Assembly: GCA_040768745.1 (NCBI GenBank)
Contig: JAXGMI010000002.1
Coordinates: forward strand, 320,001 to 384,000
Direction of reading: 5' to 3'
Length of the DNA: 64,000 nucleotides
Origin: Desulfomicrobium sp.
Lineage (GTDB): Bacteria > Desulfobacterota > Desulfovibrionia > Desulfovibrionales > Desulfomicrobiaceae
Under the pieces are notes generated by a model that had not been told where the DNA came from, did not search any database, and saw only the letters and a program-made list of their open reading frames with translations. Positions 50,171 through 60,623 of this stretch are shown here, piece by piece (positions within the stretch are counted from its first letter, which is position 1; each line of letters opens with the position of its first letter). A program made the position numbers and the translations under genes.

Positions 50171-50614
50171 TCATTCAACGATTTCCCGGGCTTGAGAGGT
50201 GAAGGAAATGCCCTGTCCTGACTGGGCGCCGATCATGATGGACTCCACCACCGGAGGGCTCATGGGCACATCGGATTCCCAGCGAACCAGAAAATTGGCT
50301 CCAGACCCTCCCGCTGTATCCCGCTCCTGGATGACATAGCGGATCGAGGCCAGGGGACCCAGGGTCACTGGCGCAGACAGGTAATGCCGGATGGGGGCCC
50401 CTTCGGTGTTGTAGTAGTCCACTGTCGTCAGACGCAGGCCATGACGGGGGTCCGTGTTGCGCACGGACAAGGTTGCGGCCAGATTGAACGGCCGCTCACG
50501 GTCCCCGATGTAGATGTGCGAATAGACAGGCACATACAAAAGCTGTCCCGGGGACAACTCGGCAGACCACGCTGTCATCGGAAACAGTCCCAGGAACAAC
50601 AGGAACCAACGCAT
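50171..50614 (-). CDS. DUF3124-like exported protein
   Basis: Signal peptide, YVPVYSHIY, TLSVRNTD, GGSGANFLV.W, GISFTS. Confidence 0.8.
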   Translation of the reverse strand: MRWFLLFLGLFPMTAWSAELSPGQLLYVPVYSHIYIGDRERPFNLAATLSVRNTDPRHGLRLTTVDYYNTEGAPIRHYLSAPVTLGPLASIRYVIQERDTAGGSGANFLVRWESDVPMSPPVVESIMIGAQSGQGISFTSQAREIVE

Positions 50615-50652
50615 GCTCATCTCCTTCCTTGCCCGGATAGCAAGGGTTGCCT

Positions 50653-51063
50653 TCAGGATTTGATCTCGTCCATGCTGGGGATGCGGTTCTTGGGCGCTTC
50701 GGATTCGTAGCTGTAGGTGTGGCTGAAGGGAGTCATGACTTCCAGTGCCTGCTCCAGGGTTGCGCCCTCGGCCATCAGCTTTTCCATTTTGGCCCGCTCC
50801 CGCCACATGTCGCCCAATGGATCGTGCTCCTTGTTCTTGATGGGCTTGACCACCTTTTCCCAGTCATAGGGGTCTGCCTCTTCCTTGGGGACCAGCTCCC
50901 AGTATTCTCCGGCCTTGCGCACCTTGTCCGGCCGGGCAGACGCTGCCTCGTCCAGAATTTCCGTGAACCGGGGCAGATCTTCGTCCCACAAGGAGACAAC
51001 CGCCTCGGGTTTCTTCACCACTTCCCCTTCCGTGCACCGATAGACCAAATAGGCTTTCGACAT
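50653..51063 (-). CDS. Hypothetical protein
   Basis: 136-aa charged ORF with GAGGA SD in a co-oriented run. Confidence 0.6.
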   Translation of the reverse strand: MSKAYLVYRCTEGEVVKKPEAVVSLWDEDLPRFTEILDEAASARPDKVRKAGEYWELVPKEEADPYDWEKVVKPIKNKEHDPLGDMWRERAKMEKLMAEGATLEQALEVMTPFSHTYSYESEAPKNRIPSMDEIKS

Positions 51064-51092
51064 TTGTTCCTCGCAGCAAGACGTTGATACAA

Positions 51093-51608
51093 TTACATAC
51101 CCATGCACACCATGGCCATGGATACGGCCGGACGGCTGTAGTCCCGGCGTGTCACCCGGCCACGGCTCAAAATACCGATAACACCCTGGGCATAGCCGAT
51201 GCGGGCATTGTCCGACAGGCCGGCGCGCTGCACGGCGGGATCCAACTCCAGTCCCTCCTCCACCATCAGGCGGGTCATCTCGTCCGGGAGTTCAAAGGCC
51301 GGTCCCAGTCCCACATACATTTCCTGACCGTCGAAAATGGCGCAGGCCGTCAAATTCATGTATCCGGTGCGGGATTCAGGAACCGGAACGAGTCCTGATT
51401 CCAGGGCCACAGCCAGATCGCAGTCGGCAAACGCGGCCCTGGCCCGGTTCTTGGCCCCGCGCAGGGTCTCGGCCAGTCCCAGAGGCTGGACCGAAACCCC
51501 CGAATCCACGTTCGCCGGCGTGAAACGGGCATCCGGAAAGCGGGTCGTCATGACTTCCCGTATGGCGGCCACTTTCACCGGATTGAGGGATCCGATCCTG
51601 ATGATCAT
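51093..51608 (-). CDS. yjjX: Inosine/xanthosine triphosphatase (YjjX family)
   Basis: GSLNPVK, SGVSVQP, GAKNRA, ALESG, G.IGILS.G.VTR. Confidence 0.87.
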   Translation of the reverse strand: MIIRIGSLNPVKVAAIREVMTTRFPDARFTPANVDSGVSVQPLGLAETLRGAKNRARAAFADCDLAVALESGLVPVPESRTGYMNLTACAIFDGQEMYVGLGPAFELPDEMTRLMVEEGLELDPAVQRAGLSDNARIGYAQGVIGILSRGRVTRRDYSRPAVSMAMVCMGM

Positions 51609-51678
51609 TCCTGTTCCACCTCCACGCAGCCCTTGCCAGCCATGAGAGGCTCTGCCATGAACAAGACAGGAGGGCGGC

Positions 51679-51879
51679 ATGCAACGCACCCTGATCCTCA
51701 TCGGACTGGCACTTCTTGTGGTTGGCTTGGCTTGGCCTGTTCTCGGCAAGCTCCCTTTGGGGCGGCTGCCCGGAGACATCGTCATCGACCGGCCAGGGTT
51801 CAAATTCTATTTCCCTCTGACCACGGGCATCGTGGTCAGTCTTGTTCTCACGCTCCTGGCCTGGCTCTTCAGAAAGTGA
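51679..51879 (+). CDS. DUF2905-like small membrane protein
   Basis: LGRLPGDI, FYFPLTT.IVVSLVL. Confidence 0.85.
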   Translation: MQRTLILIGLALLVVGLAWPVLGKLPLGRLPGDIVIDRPGFKFYFPLTTGIVVSLVLTLLAWLFRK

Positions 51880-52213
51880 TGATTTGGTACCCAGCGTTTA
51901 GATATGCGCCCATGGACGGATGCCCGTTCATGTCCCCAATCAAGGGCACGCCGGCATCCTGCACGGCCTTGTCCACCCCGAGCTTGACGGAACATGCCTT
52001 GCACGCCCCGTCCAGCAGCTCTTTTTCCCGCACCTGGGCAAAGAGGTTGGCCAGAGGGTGTTCGGGTTTGACCATGGCCGGCGCCAGCTGCACCGAACCG
52101 CCTTCCATGACGATGCGCACATCACAGCCCCTTTTGTGCAGATCCAGGGCGTTCAGCAGTACATGGATGAAGCACATGGGGTCGCCGTTGAATACGAACA
52201 GGGCTGTTTTCAT
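51869..52213 (-). CDS. DsrE-like family protein
   Basis: ALFVFNGDPMCFIHVLLNALD, IVMEG, GACKACS, GYQIITF. Confidence 0.72.
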   Translation of the reverse strand: MKTALFVFNGDPMCFIHVLLNALDLHKRGCDVRIVMEGGSVQLAPAMVKPEHPLANLFAQVREKELLDGACKACSVKLGVDKAVQDAGVPLIGDMNGHPSMGAYLNAGYQIITF

Positions 52214-52225
52214 GGGGTTCCTCCC

Positions 52226-52669
52226 TTAAAATTTCCGGATCAGGATGACGCCTGCCAGAAGCAGCATCGCTCCGAGCACGCGCCACAGGGTCATGGGTTG
52301 GGCCGGAATGCCGAGCCACCCGTAGTGATCCATGACCAGCGACATGGCCATCTGGCCGGCAATGAGCAAGGCCATGACGCTCATGGCCCCGAGGCGCGGC
52401 ACGGCCAGGATGGTCATGGTCACGAAAAAGGCGCCCATGGGACCCGCGGTCCACAGCCACCAGGGCAGGTCGGACACGGTTTTCCAGGCCGGCCAGGGCA
52501 GGCGCAGGGCGACACAAATGAGGCCCAGGGCCATGGTCCCTGTCAGAAAGGAAAAAAAAGAGGCCAGATACGGGCTCTGCATCCACTGCGCTGTCACCGC
52601 GTTCACGGCCGGCTGGACAGGCATGAGGCACCCGGCCAGGAGTGTCAAGATGAGAATCACGGCGTCCAT
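52226..52669 (-). CDS. DMT-superfamily membrane protein (DUF606/YdcZ-like)
   Basis: Q.AVNA, SFLTGT, PWW, PRLGA, GQ..MSL..DHYGW. Confidence 0.85.
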   Translation of the reverse strand: MDAVILILTLLAGCLMPVQPAVNAVTAQWMQSPYLASFFSFLTGTMALGLICVALRLPWPAWKTVSDLPWWLWTAGPMGAFFVTMTILAVPRLGAMSVMALLIAGQMAMSLVMDHYGWLGIPAQPMTLWRVLGAMLLLAGVILIRKF

Positions 52670-52797
52670 TCGTCCTCCCTGCCCACGATTGCTCCCCACG
52701 AAGGGCTCTGATACGGAAAGCCGTGCGCGTGATCAAGGCCAGCTGCCTGGGACCACGTCATCCCACTTCCACATCGCCCCATACATTCGGAGTCGCC

Positions 52798-53319
52798 ATG
52801 CTCGACATCTTGCGCCAACGCCGCAGTACCCGCCAGTATACCTCGCAGGGGTTGACCCCGGATATCCTGAACCAGCTCAAGGAGGCTGTGCTGCGTTCTC
52901 CCTCGTCCCGGGGCCAGAACCCCTGGGAATTCATCTTTGTCACGGACAGGAATCTGCTGGCCGAACTCTCCTCGGTCAAACCCCACGGCGCCCATTTCCT
53001 CCGGGACGCGGCCCTCGGGGTGGTGGTTCTCGGGGATGAACGTCTCGCCGACACCTGGATCGAAGACTGCGCCATTGCCGCCATCATTCTGCAACTGGCC
53101 TGCGAGAGTCTGAACCTCGGGAGCTGCTGGGTGCAGATCCGTCTGCGTCACTGCGACGCATCCACCACAGCCGAGGCCAGGGTCAGACAGATCCTCGGCA
53201 TCCCCGCTGAGTTGCGTGTGGAGTCCATCATCAGCATCGGCCACCCGGCCACCAGGGGAACCCCCCACCCACGCGAAAGCCTCCAGGACCAAAAGATCAA
53301 GGCCAACACCTACGCATGA
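52798..53319 (+). CDS. Nitroreductase family flavoprotein
   Basis: RRSTRQY, SPSSRG.NPWEF, LGSCWVQ, IGHP. Confidence 0.9.
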   Translation: MLDILRQRRSTRQYTSQGLTPDILNQLKEAVLRSPSSRGQNPWEFIFVTDRNLLAELSSVKPHGAHFLRDAALGVVVLGDERLADTWIEDCAIAAIILQLACESLNLGSCWVQIRLRHCDASTTAEARVRQILGIPAELRVESIISIGHPATRGTPHPRESLQDQKIKANTYA

Positions 53320-53891
53320 CCGCCACCACCGGCCCCATCCGCCACGACCGCTACCGCTACTGCCCGGCCTGCGGCAAAACCCTGGAAACCCGCCGCCTCC
53401 GGCCCCAGGAGCCTGAGCGGCTGGTCTGTTCGGGCTGCACGGGAGTGGTCTATCTGGACCCCAGGGTTGTGGCCTGCGTGGTTCTGGAAATCCGGGGAAA
53501 AATTCTGCTCATGCGCCGCAGACGCCCGGACGATACGGAAATCTGGCTGCTTCCCGGCGGCTATGTGGACGAGGGTGAGCAGGTCGAGCATGCCGCCGTC
53601 CGGGAGATCTGGGAGGAGGTCCGCCTCAGGATCAACCTGGACGGCCTTGTAGGTGTTTTTTCCTATTGCGGATGGCCTCCGGTTATCATCGTCTACAGCG
53701 CCAGACTCGATTCGGGAGATCCCCAGGCCGGGGAGGAAACCGAGGATCTCGACCTTTTCGAGCCCGCCCACATCCCCTGGGACAAACTGGCCTTCCCCAG
53801 CACCCGCGATGCCCTCAAGTCCTATCTTCAGGGCCGGACTTGCCAACCCCGGCCCCTGACCGTATGCATGCCCGCTGGATTGTTCCCCTGA
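53316..53891 (+). CDS. NUDIX hydrolase with N-terminal zinc ribbon
   Basis: YCPACG...[27 protein letters not shown]. Confidence 0.88.
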   Translation: MTATTGPIRHDRYRYCPACGKTLETRRLRPQEPERLVCSGCTGVVYLDPRVVACVVLEIRGKILLMRRRRPDDTEIWLLPGGYVDEGEQVEHAAVREIWEEVRLRINLDGLVGVFSYCGWPPVIIVYSARLDSGDPQAGEETEDLDLFEPAHIPWDKLAFPSTRDALKSYLQGRTCQPRPLTVCMPAGLFP

Positions 53892-53911
53892 CCAGATTCC
53901 CAAGGACAGTT

Positions 53912-55591
53912 ATGGATACGCCCACACCATCGAATTTCCTTCGCGCCATCATCGAAGAGGATCTCAGGAACGGAAAAAACGAAGGCCGGGTCTGCACCCG
54001 CTTCCCGCCTGAACCCAACGGATTCCTGCATATCGGCCATGCCAAATCCATCTGTATCAATTTCGGGCTGGCCCGGGATTATGGTGGACGCTGCCACCTG
54101 CGCTTCGATGACACCAATCCCGGCAAGGAGGACCCTGTCTACGTGACCTCCATCAAGGAGGATGTCCGCTGGCTCGGTTTCGACTGGGGAGAGCACCTTT
54201 ACCACGCTTCGGACTATTTCGAACAACTCTACCAGTTTGCAGTGGATCTCATCAGACAGGGCAAGGCCTACGTCTGTTCACTCTCGGCGGAGGAGGTCAG
54301 GCGGTATCGTGGCTCCCTGACCGAGCCCGGCACGAACAGCCCCTGCCGGGACCGTTCGGTGGAGGAGAACCTGGACCTCTTCAGCCGCATGCGGGCCGGA
54401 GAATTTCCCGAAGGCGCGCACATCCTGCGGGCCAAGATCGACATGGCCTCGCCCAACATGAACATGCGCGATCCGGCCCTGTACCGCATCCTGCACCAGG
54501 AACACCAGAATACCGGCAAGGTGTGGTGCATCTACCCCATGTATGATTTTGCCCATGGCCTTTCAGATGCCCTGGAACGCATCACCCACTCCATCTGCAC
54601 CCTGGAGTTCGCCGATCACAAGCCTCTGTACGACTGGATCCTTGACCAGCTGAATGTCCCGGCCCGGCCTCGGCAGTATGAGTTCAATCGCCTGAATATC
54701 AACTACACGGTCACCAGCAAGAGGAAATTGAAACTTCTGGTTGATGAAAACATTGTCGCGAGCTGGAACGATCCCCGCATGCCGACCATTTCAGGCCTCC
54801 GGAGGCGAGGGTTTCCGCCGGCAGCCCTGCGGGACTTCTGCGAACGCGTCGGGGTCAGCCGCTCGGACAGCTGCGTGGACATGAGCCTGCTGGAAAATTG
54901 CGTGCGCGAAAACCTGGATGCCACCGCGCCGCGGGCCATGGCCGTGCTCAGGCCCCTGCGGCTCATCATCCAGAATTACCCTGAAGGCGGGGAGGAGTTT
55001 TTCGATCTTCCCAATCATCCCAAGGATCCGGACATGGGCAGCCGCAAGGTGGGGTTTTCGCGCGAAATCTTCATCGAAGCCGACGACTTCACGGAGACCC
55101 CCCCACCCAAATACTTCCGCCTCTCCCCTGGACGGGAGGTGCGTCTGCGCGGGGCGTATCTCGTCACATGCACGGACGTGATCAAGGGACCCGACGGCAA
55201 GATCGAGGCCGTGCTCTGCACCTACGACCGGGCCACCCGTGGAGGCGACGCTCCTGACGGGCGCAAGGTCAAGGGAACCCTGCACTGGGTCAGCGCAGCG
55301 CATGCTGTACCAGCAGAGGTCCGGCTCTACGAGCGGCTTTTCAACGCGGAATTTCCGGGCAGGGACGGGGACTTCCTGTCCCAGATCAATCCGGAGTCCC
55401 TGGAAACCCTGACTGGCTGCCAGGTCGAGGCATCCCTGGCCCAGGCAGCCCCAGAGGACCGCTTCCAGTTCGAACGCCTGGGCTATTTTTGTGCCGACAG
55501 GTTCGATCACGCCGCACACAGGCTGGTTTTCAACCGCACGGTGACCCTGCGCGATTCCTGGTCCCGGGCGGTGCAGGAGAAATCCGCATGA
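53912..55591 (+). CDS. glnS: Glutamine--tRNA ligase
   Basis: [46 protein letters not shown]. Confidence 0.97.
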   Translation: MDTPTPSNFLRAIIEEDLRNGKNEGRVCTRFPPEPNGFLHIGHAKSICINFGLARDYGGRCHLRFDDTNPGKEDPVYVTSIKEDVRWLGFDWGEHLYHASDYFEQLYQFAVDLIRQGKAYVCSLSAEEVRRYRGSLTEPGTNSPCRDRSVEENLDLFSRMRAGEFPEGAHILRAKIDMASPNMNMRDPALYRILHQEHQNTGKVWCIYPMYDFAHGLSDALERITHSICTLEFADHKPLYDWILDQLNVPARPRQYEFNRLNINYTVTSKRKLKLLVDENIVASWNDPRMPTISGLRRRGFPPAALRDFCERVGVSRSDSCVDMSLLENCVRENLDATAPRAMAVLRPLRLIIQNYPEGGEEFFDLPNHPKDPDMGSRKVGFSREIFIEADDFTETPPPKYFRLSPGREVRLRGAYLVTCTDVIKGPDGKIEAVLCTYDRATRGGDAPDGRKVKGTLHWVSAAHAVPAEVRLYERLFNAEFPGRDGDFLSQINPESLETLTGCQVEASLAQAAPEDRFQFERLGYFCADRFDHAAHRLVFNRTVTLRDSWSRAVQEKSA

Positions 55592-55653
55592 CATGCACCG
55601 ACGGCCCGTGAACACAGGCCGTCCCCTTTGTGCGGCAAGCTCCAGGGGTTCAT

Positions 55654-56394
55654 GTGATCATCTATCAATATCCCCAGCTGTCCCCACCCATGTCTTGCCC
55701 GTATCTTTCCGGCCGGCTCCTGGTGTACGAGCATTTCCTGGCAGACTGCCTGGACGGGCGCGAACTTGCCTGGTTCCTGTCCCGGGGGTGGCGTAAGTTC
55801 GGCCATTATTTTTTTCGCCCTGCCTGCCCGGACTGCAGGGCCTGCATCCCGCTGCGGATTGCGGTGGACCGGTTTCGTCCCAGCCGGAGCCAGCGGCGAG
55901 CGGCCCAGAAATGTAGGGACATCGAGACCCGCTTCGGCCCTCTCCGTTACGATGAGGACGTTTTTTCCTTGTATGCCGCGCACTCCAGCACCCGCTTCGG
56001 AAAGTCCGCCGATTTTGAGGAATTTGCGGCCAACCTGCACTCCCCTTCCTGCCCGACGCTCATGTCCAGATACGAACTGGGAGAACGTCTTCTCGGTGCA
56101 GGCTACCTGGATCAAAGCATAGACGCCCTCAGTTCTGTCTATTTCGTTTTTGACCCTGCATTTTCAGCCCTCAGCCTCGGGGTGTTCAGTGTGCTGCGCG
56201 AGGTGGAGGAAGCGCGGCGATATGGGTTGTCCTACTATTATCTGGGCTACCTGGTCCGGGAATGCCCGCGCATGACCTACAAGGCCCGCTTCGCTCCGCA
56301 TCAGCTCTATTCCTGGGCCGACCGCAGGTGGCGCGAGCCTGGCCACGCGGACCAGTCGCCCTATCCGGGCACGATTCACCTCTTTTCGGGGTAG
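55654..56394 (+). CDS. ATE1-like aminoacyl transferase (Bpt, Asp/Glu leucyltransferase family)
   Basis: CPYL, GWRKFG..FFRP.C..C.AC..LR, PSRSQRR, SSVY..FDP, YLGY, MTYK; start uncertain. Confidence 0.85.
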   Translation: MIIYQYPQLSPPMSCPYLSGRLLVYEHFLADCLDGRELAWFLSRGWRKFGHYFFRPACPDCRACIPLRIAVDRFRPSRSQRRAAQKCRDIETRFGPLRYDEDVFSLYAAHSSTRFGKSADFEEFAANLHSPSCPTLMSRYELGERLLGAGYLDQSIDALSSVYFVFDPAFSALSLGVFSVLREVEEARRYGLSYYYLGYLVRECPRMTYKARFAPHQLYSWADRRWREPGHADQSPYPGTIHLFSG

Positions 56395-56453
56395 ACAGGT
56401 CCGAATTCAGGATTACAAGTTGATCGTACATTGAACCCCACCACGGAGATTCC

Positions 56454-57638
56454 ATGCAAAACAGAACTGTATACTTCGACAACAACGCCACCACGCCTTT
56501 GCATCCGGAGGTGAAAAAAACCCTCCAGGAAGGCCTTGAAATATTCGGCAATCCCTCCAGCATGCACCAGTTCGGCCGCGAAGCCAGGGAGAAGGTGGAG
56601 GATGCACGGGAGAAAGTCGCTTCCTTCCTCGGTGCCCATGCTGAGGAAATTCTTTTTGTCGGCAGCGGCTCCGAGGCCAACAACACGGTCCTGTCCCTGC
56701 TCCACTGCGACAGCACGACATGCGCCTGCTCCCTGAGCGGCCGGCGCGATTTGGTCACCACGGTCATCGAACACCCGTGCGTGCTGAACACGGCCCGCCA
56801 CCTGGGGCGCAAGAACCACGGGGTGCATTATCTGTCCGTGGACAGAGACGGCCGCATCGACCTCGATGACCTGCGCCGCGCCGTGACGGATAAGGTCGGC
56901 ATGGTCTCCGTCATGATGGCCAACAACGAGATCGGCACCGTCCAGGACATCAAGGGGGCAGCCCGCATCGCCCACGAGGCCGGAGCCCTCTTCCATACCG
57001 ACGCGGTGCAGGCCGTTGGCAAGATCCCGGTGGACGTCCGCGACCTGGACGTGGACTTCCTGACCCTCTCGGGCCACAAGATCTACGGGCCCAAGGGAAT
57101 CGGTGCCCTTTACGTGAAGAAGGGCGCGCCCTACTGTCCGCTGATCCTGGGCGGCCATCAGGAATTCGGCCGCCGGGCCGGTACGGAGAATTCCCTGGGC
57201 ATCTTCGGTTTGGGCAAAGCCATCGAGATGCGTGCCCTGGAAATGGCCGACGAAGAGGATCGCATCCTGGGTCTGAAGCAGACGCTCAGGGACGGCATCG
57301 AGCGGGCCATCCCCGATGTGCTGTTCATGGGGCACCCGGTACACTGTCTGCCCGGGACGCTGAATGTGTCCTTTGCAGGCGCCGAGGGCGAGGCCATCCT
57401 CCTCTACCTCGACCTGGCCGGCATTGCCGTGTCCACGGGTTCAGCCTGCGCCTCGGGTTCCCTGGACCCTTCCCACGTCATCATGGCCACAGGCGTGCCC
57501 GTGGAGAACGCCCACGGTTCCATCCGCATCAGCCTGGGCCGGGAAAACACCTTGGATGACGTCACCTACATGTTGGAAAAGCTGCCCCCCATCATCGGCC
57601 GCATCCGCGAAATGTCTACCGCGTACAGGAGAAGATAA
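56454..57638 (+). CDS. nifS: Cysteine desulfurase (NifS/IscS)
   Basis: YFDNNATT, GNPSSMH, HTDAVQ, SGHKIYGPKG, STGSACAS. Confidence 0.93.
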   Translation: MQNRTVYFDNNATTPLHPEVKKTLQEGLEIFGNPSSMHQFGREAREKVEDAREKVASFLGAHAEEILFVGSGSEANNTVLSLLHCDSTTCACSLSGRRDLVTTVIEHPCVLNTARHLGRKNHGVHYLSVDRDGRIDLDDLRRAVTDKVGMVSVMMANNEIGTVQDIKGAARIAHEAGALFHTDAVQAVGKIPVDVRDLDVDFLTLSGHKIYGPKGIGALYVKKGAPYCPLILGGHQEFGRRAGTENSLGIFGLGKAIEMRALEMADEEDRILGLKQTLRDGIERAIPDVLFMGHPVHCLPGTLNVSFAGAEGEAILLYLDLAGIAVSTGSACASGSLDPSHVIMATGVPVENAHGSIRISLGRENTLDDVTYMLEKLPPIIGRIREMSTAYRRR

Positions 57639-58244
57639 ATGGCTGCAAAATGGACATATTCCGACAAGGTCAAGGACCACTTCATGAATCCCCGCAACAT
57701 CCTGCGCGAGGGCAATGAGGTCGATTTTCACGGTATTGGCAAGACCGGCAATGTCAAATGCGGCGACGAGATGATGGTCTTCATCAAGGTCGATCCGGCC
57801 ACCCAGACCATAGCCGAATGCAAATGGCAGACCTATGGCTGCGCCAGCGCCATCGCCAGTACCTCCATGCTTTCGGAGATGGTCATCGGCATGAAGCTGG
57901 AGGAGGCCTACAAGATATCCGCCAAGGACATCCTGACGGCTCTGGACGGCCTGCCCGACAACAAGGTGCACTGTTCCGTTCTGGGAGACAAGGCCCTCAG
58001 GGCGGCCATTGACGACTATTACCGCAGAAACGGGATGGAAGACCGCATCACCACCCAGGAATCGAAGATTGTCTGCGAGTGCATGCAGGTCACGGACCAC
58101 GATATCGAGCACGCCGTGCTTGAAGGGGCCAGAAGCTTTCACGAACTGCAGGAGATGACCAAGATCGGCACGGGCTGCGGAGAGTGCCAGGAACAGGCCA
58201 TGGCCGTCATGTCTGGGTATATTCAGAAGCACTTCGGTTTGTAG
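57639..58244 (+). CDS. nifU: Fe-S scaffold, IscU domain plus BFD-like [2Fe-2S] domain (short NifU)
   Basis: DHFMNPRN, CGDEM, YGCASAIAS, KVHCS, then CEC...GTGCGEC. Confidence 0.88.
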   Translation: MAAKWTYSDKVKDHFMNPRNILREGNEVDFHGIGKTGNVKCGDEMMVFIKVDPATQTIAECKWQTYGCASAIASTSMLSEMVIGMKLEEAYKISAKDILTALDGLPDNKVHCSVLGDKALRAAIDDYYRRNGMEDRITTQESKIVCECMQVTDHDIEHAVLEGARSFHELQEMTKIGTGCGECQEQAMAVMSGYIQKHFGL

Positions 58245-58269
58245 AACTGCGACTTCTCAGGGGGCGGAG

Positions 58270-59187
58270 ATGAAAATTCTGGCGTTTGGCGCAACAGGAT
58301 TCGTGGGAAAACACCTCGTTCCCCACCTCGTCGATGGCGGTCACCAGGTGACAGTGGCAGCCCGTTCGGGAAAGGCGGGTTTCCCGCCTGCCGTGCGGGT
58401 GATCAAAGCCGACCCCATGACTCCTGGCCAATGGCAGGACAGCGTGACCGATTACGACGCGGTCCTGAACCTGGCCGGCACACCCATCAGCACCCGCTGG
58501 ACCGAGGCCGGGAAACAGAGCATCCTGGAGTCCAGGATGTTCAGCACCCGCAATATCGTCGATGCCCTGGAAAAAAGCCCGGGAAAGACATTTTTGTGCG
58601 CCAACGCGGTGGGTTTTTACGGGGACTGCGGAGACAGGTTGTGCGCCGAAGACAGCCACCGGGGAACGGGATTTCTGGCCGAAGTGGCCCAGGCCTGGCA
58701 GGACGAAGCCCTGAGGGCCTCGGAATCCGGCCATCGCGTGGTCATTCCACGGCTGGCGGTGGTTCTTGGCGACGGCGGGGCACTGGGCAAGATGGTCCCA
58801 CCCTTCTCCTTCGGCCTTGGCGGACGGCTCGGATCTGGAAAACAGTGGTTCCCGTGGGTTCATGTCCAGGACGTGGTCCGGATCATGCGCTTTCTGCTCG
58901 AAAGCCCGCAAGCGTCGGGAATCTACAATGCCTGTGCCCCCCATCCGGTGACCAACGCGGAATTCACAAGCGCCCTGGGCCGTGCCCTGCACCGCCCAGC
59001 GGTTCTGCCTGTGCCGGCTTTTGTACTGCGCCTGGCCCTGGGCGAAGCCGCGGACATGCTCCTGGGCGGGCAGCGCTGCCTTCCGCAAAAACTGCAGTCC
59101 CTGGGATTCAGGTTCCAATACCTTGACCTGGATCGGGCCCTGGCACAGATCATTCCCGCGCTCAAAACCTCCAAGCACTCCGACTGA
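58270..59187 (+). CDS. TIGR01777-like NAD-dependent epimerase (YfcH family)
   Basis: GATGFVG, NLAG, SR..ST, GFLA, LGSGKQW..WVH. Confidence 0.88.
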   Translation: MKILAFGATGFVGKHLVPHLVDGGHQVTVAARSGKAGFPPAVRVIKADPMTPGQWQDSVTDYDAVLNLAGTPISTRWTEAGKQSILESRMFSTRNIVDALEKSPGKTFLCANAVGFYGDCGDRLCAEDSHRGTGFLAEVAQAWQDEALRASESGHRVVIPRLAVVLGDGGALGKMVPPFSFGLGGRLGSGKQWFPWVHVQDVVRIMRFLLESPQASGIYNACAPHPVTNAEFTSALGRALHRPAVLPVPAFVLRLALGEAADMLLGGQRCLPQKLQSLGFRFQYLDLDRALAQIIPALKTSKHSD

Positions 59188-59297
59188 TCTGCATCCCGGC
59201 GTTGCGCTTCTTGTTTTTTGATTCACCCTGACATAACGGACAGGAAGTGTTCACGCCTGTCCGTTTTTTCAGGACAGCATCCAGTCAAGGAGCAGCC

Positions 59298-60623
59298 ATG
59301 AACCGCGTCCCCATCTTCGATACATCCATACCCGCCCTGGGCCACTGCAAGGTCGACAACCCGCTTCCCTACTGCCACTACGTCGATGATTCGGGCAAGG
59401 TGCCCTTCTACCTCTCCGGCGAACTCATCGAAGATGGCAGTACATCGGGCGGAGTGTGCGAATTCGAGGAGGCTGGACCGCGGCAGAAGATCTATTTCGA
59501 CCCGCCCAAGACCAGATGCGCCATCGTCACCTGCGGTGGGCTCTGCCCAGGCATCAACGACGTGATTCGGGCCATCGTCATGAGCGCCCATCACAACTAC
59601 CATGTGTCGGCCATCGTCGGCATCCGCTACGGTCTGCAGGGGTTCATCCCGAAATTCGGCCACGACGTCATGGACCTGACCCCGGAAAGCGTCTCCAACA
59701 TCCACGAATTCGGGGGGACCATTCTCTCCTCCTCCCGCGGCCCCCAGCCGCCCGAGGAGATTGTGGACGCTCTGGAGCGGATGAATATCGGCATCCTGTT
59801 CATGATTGGCGGTGACGGGACCATGAAGGCGGCCAACTCCGTCACCCAGGAGGTTTTGAAGCGCGGCCGGAAGATCGCCGTGGTCGGCATCCCCAAGACC
59901 ATCGACAACGACATCAATTTCGTGACCCGGTCCTTCGGTTTCGACACGGCCGTGGAGAAGGCCACCGAATCCATTCGGTGCGCCCACGTGGAGGCCCTGG
60001 GCGCCCCCGGGGGCATCGGCATGGTCAAGCTCATGGGCAGGGAGTCGGGATTTATCGCGGCCCAGGCCAGCCTGGCTCTGAAGGAAGTCAACTTTGTCCT
60101 GGTTCCCGAGGCTCCCTTCGAACTGCATGGCCCCGATGGATTTCTGGCCAAGCTCAAGGACCGGTTGGAACAACGTCAACACGCGGTCATTGTGGTGGCA
60201 GAGGGGGCCGGTCAGGACCTGTGCAAGGTGGAAAACCTGCAGGACCAGTCGGGGAATCCCATTCTCGGCGATATCTGCGATGTTCTGCGGTCGGAAATAA
60301 AAAAGTATTTCGACGTCACGGATACCCCGTATACGCTCAAATATATCGACCCGAGCTACATCATTCGTTCCATCCCGGCCAACGCCAACGACCGCATCTA
60401 CTGCGGCTTTCTGGGCCAGCACGCAGTGCATGCGGCCATGGCCGGCAAGACGGGCATGGTTGTCTCCAAACTCCAGGAACGCTACGTGCACCTTCCCTTC
60501 AGCCTGGTGACCGCCAAGCGCCGCAAGCTCAATATCTGTTCCAACTACTGGCGATCGGTCATGGAATCCACAGGACAACCTCAGCTCATGTTCACCTGTT
60601 CGCTGGAAACGGAGCAGAAATGA
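59298..60623 (+). CDS. pfkA: ATP-dependent 6-phosphofructokinase
   Basis: TCGGLCPG, IGGDGT, PKTIDND, MGRESG, YIDPSY.IRS. Confidence 0.92.
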   Translation: MNRVPIFDTSIPALGHCKVDNPLPYCHYVDDSGKVPFYLSGELIEDGSTSGGVCEFEEAGPRQKIYFDPPKTRCAIVTCGGLCPGINDVIRAIVMSAHHNYHVSAIVGIRYGLQGFIPKFGHDVMDLTPESVSNIHEFGGTILSSSRGPQPPEEIVDALERMNIGILFMIGGDGTMKAANSVTQEVLKRGRKIAVVGIPKTIDNDINFVTRSFGFDTAVEKATESIRCAHVEALGAPGGIGMVKLMGRESGFIAAQASLALKEVNFVLVPEAPFELHGPDGFLAKLKDRLEQRQHAVIVVAEGAGQDLCKVENLQDQSGNPILGDICDVLRSEIKKYFDVTDTPYTLKYIDPSYIIRSIPANANDRIYCGFLGQHAVHAAMAGKTGMVVSKLQERYVHLPFSLVTAKRRKLNICSNYWRSVMESTGQPQLMFTCSLETEQK

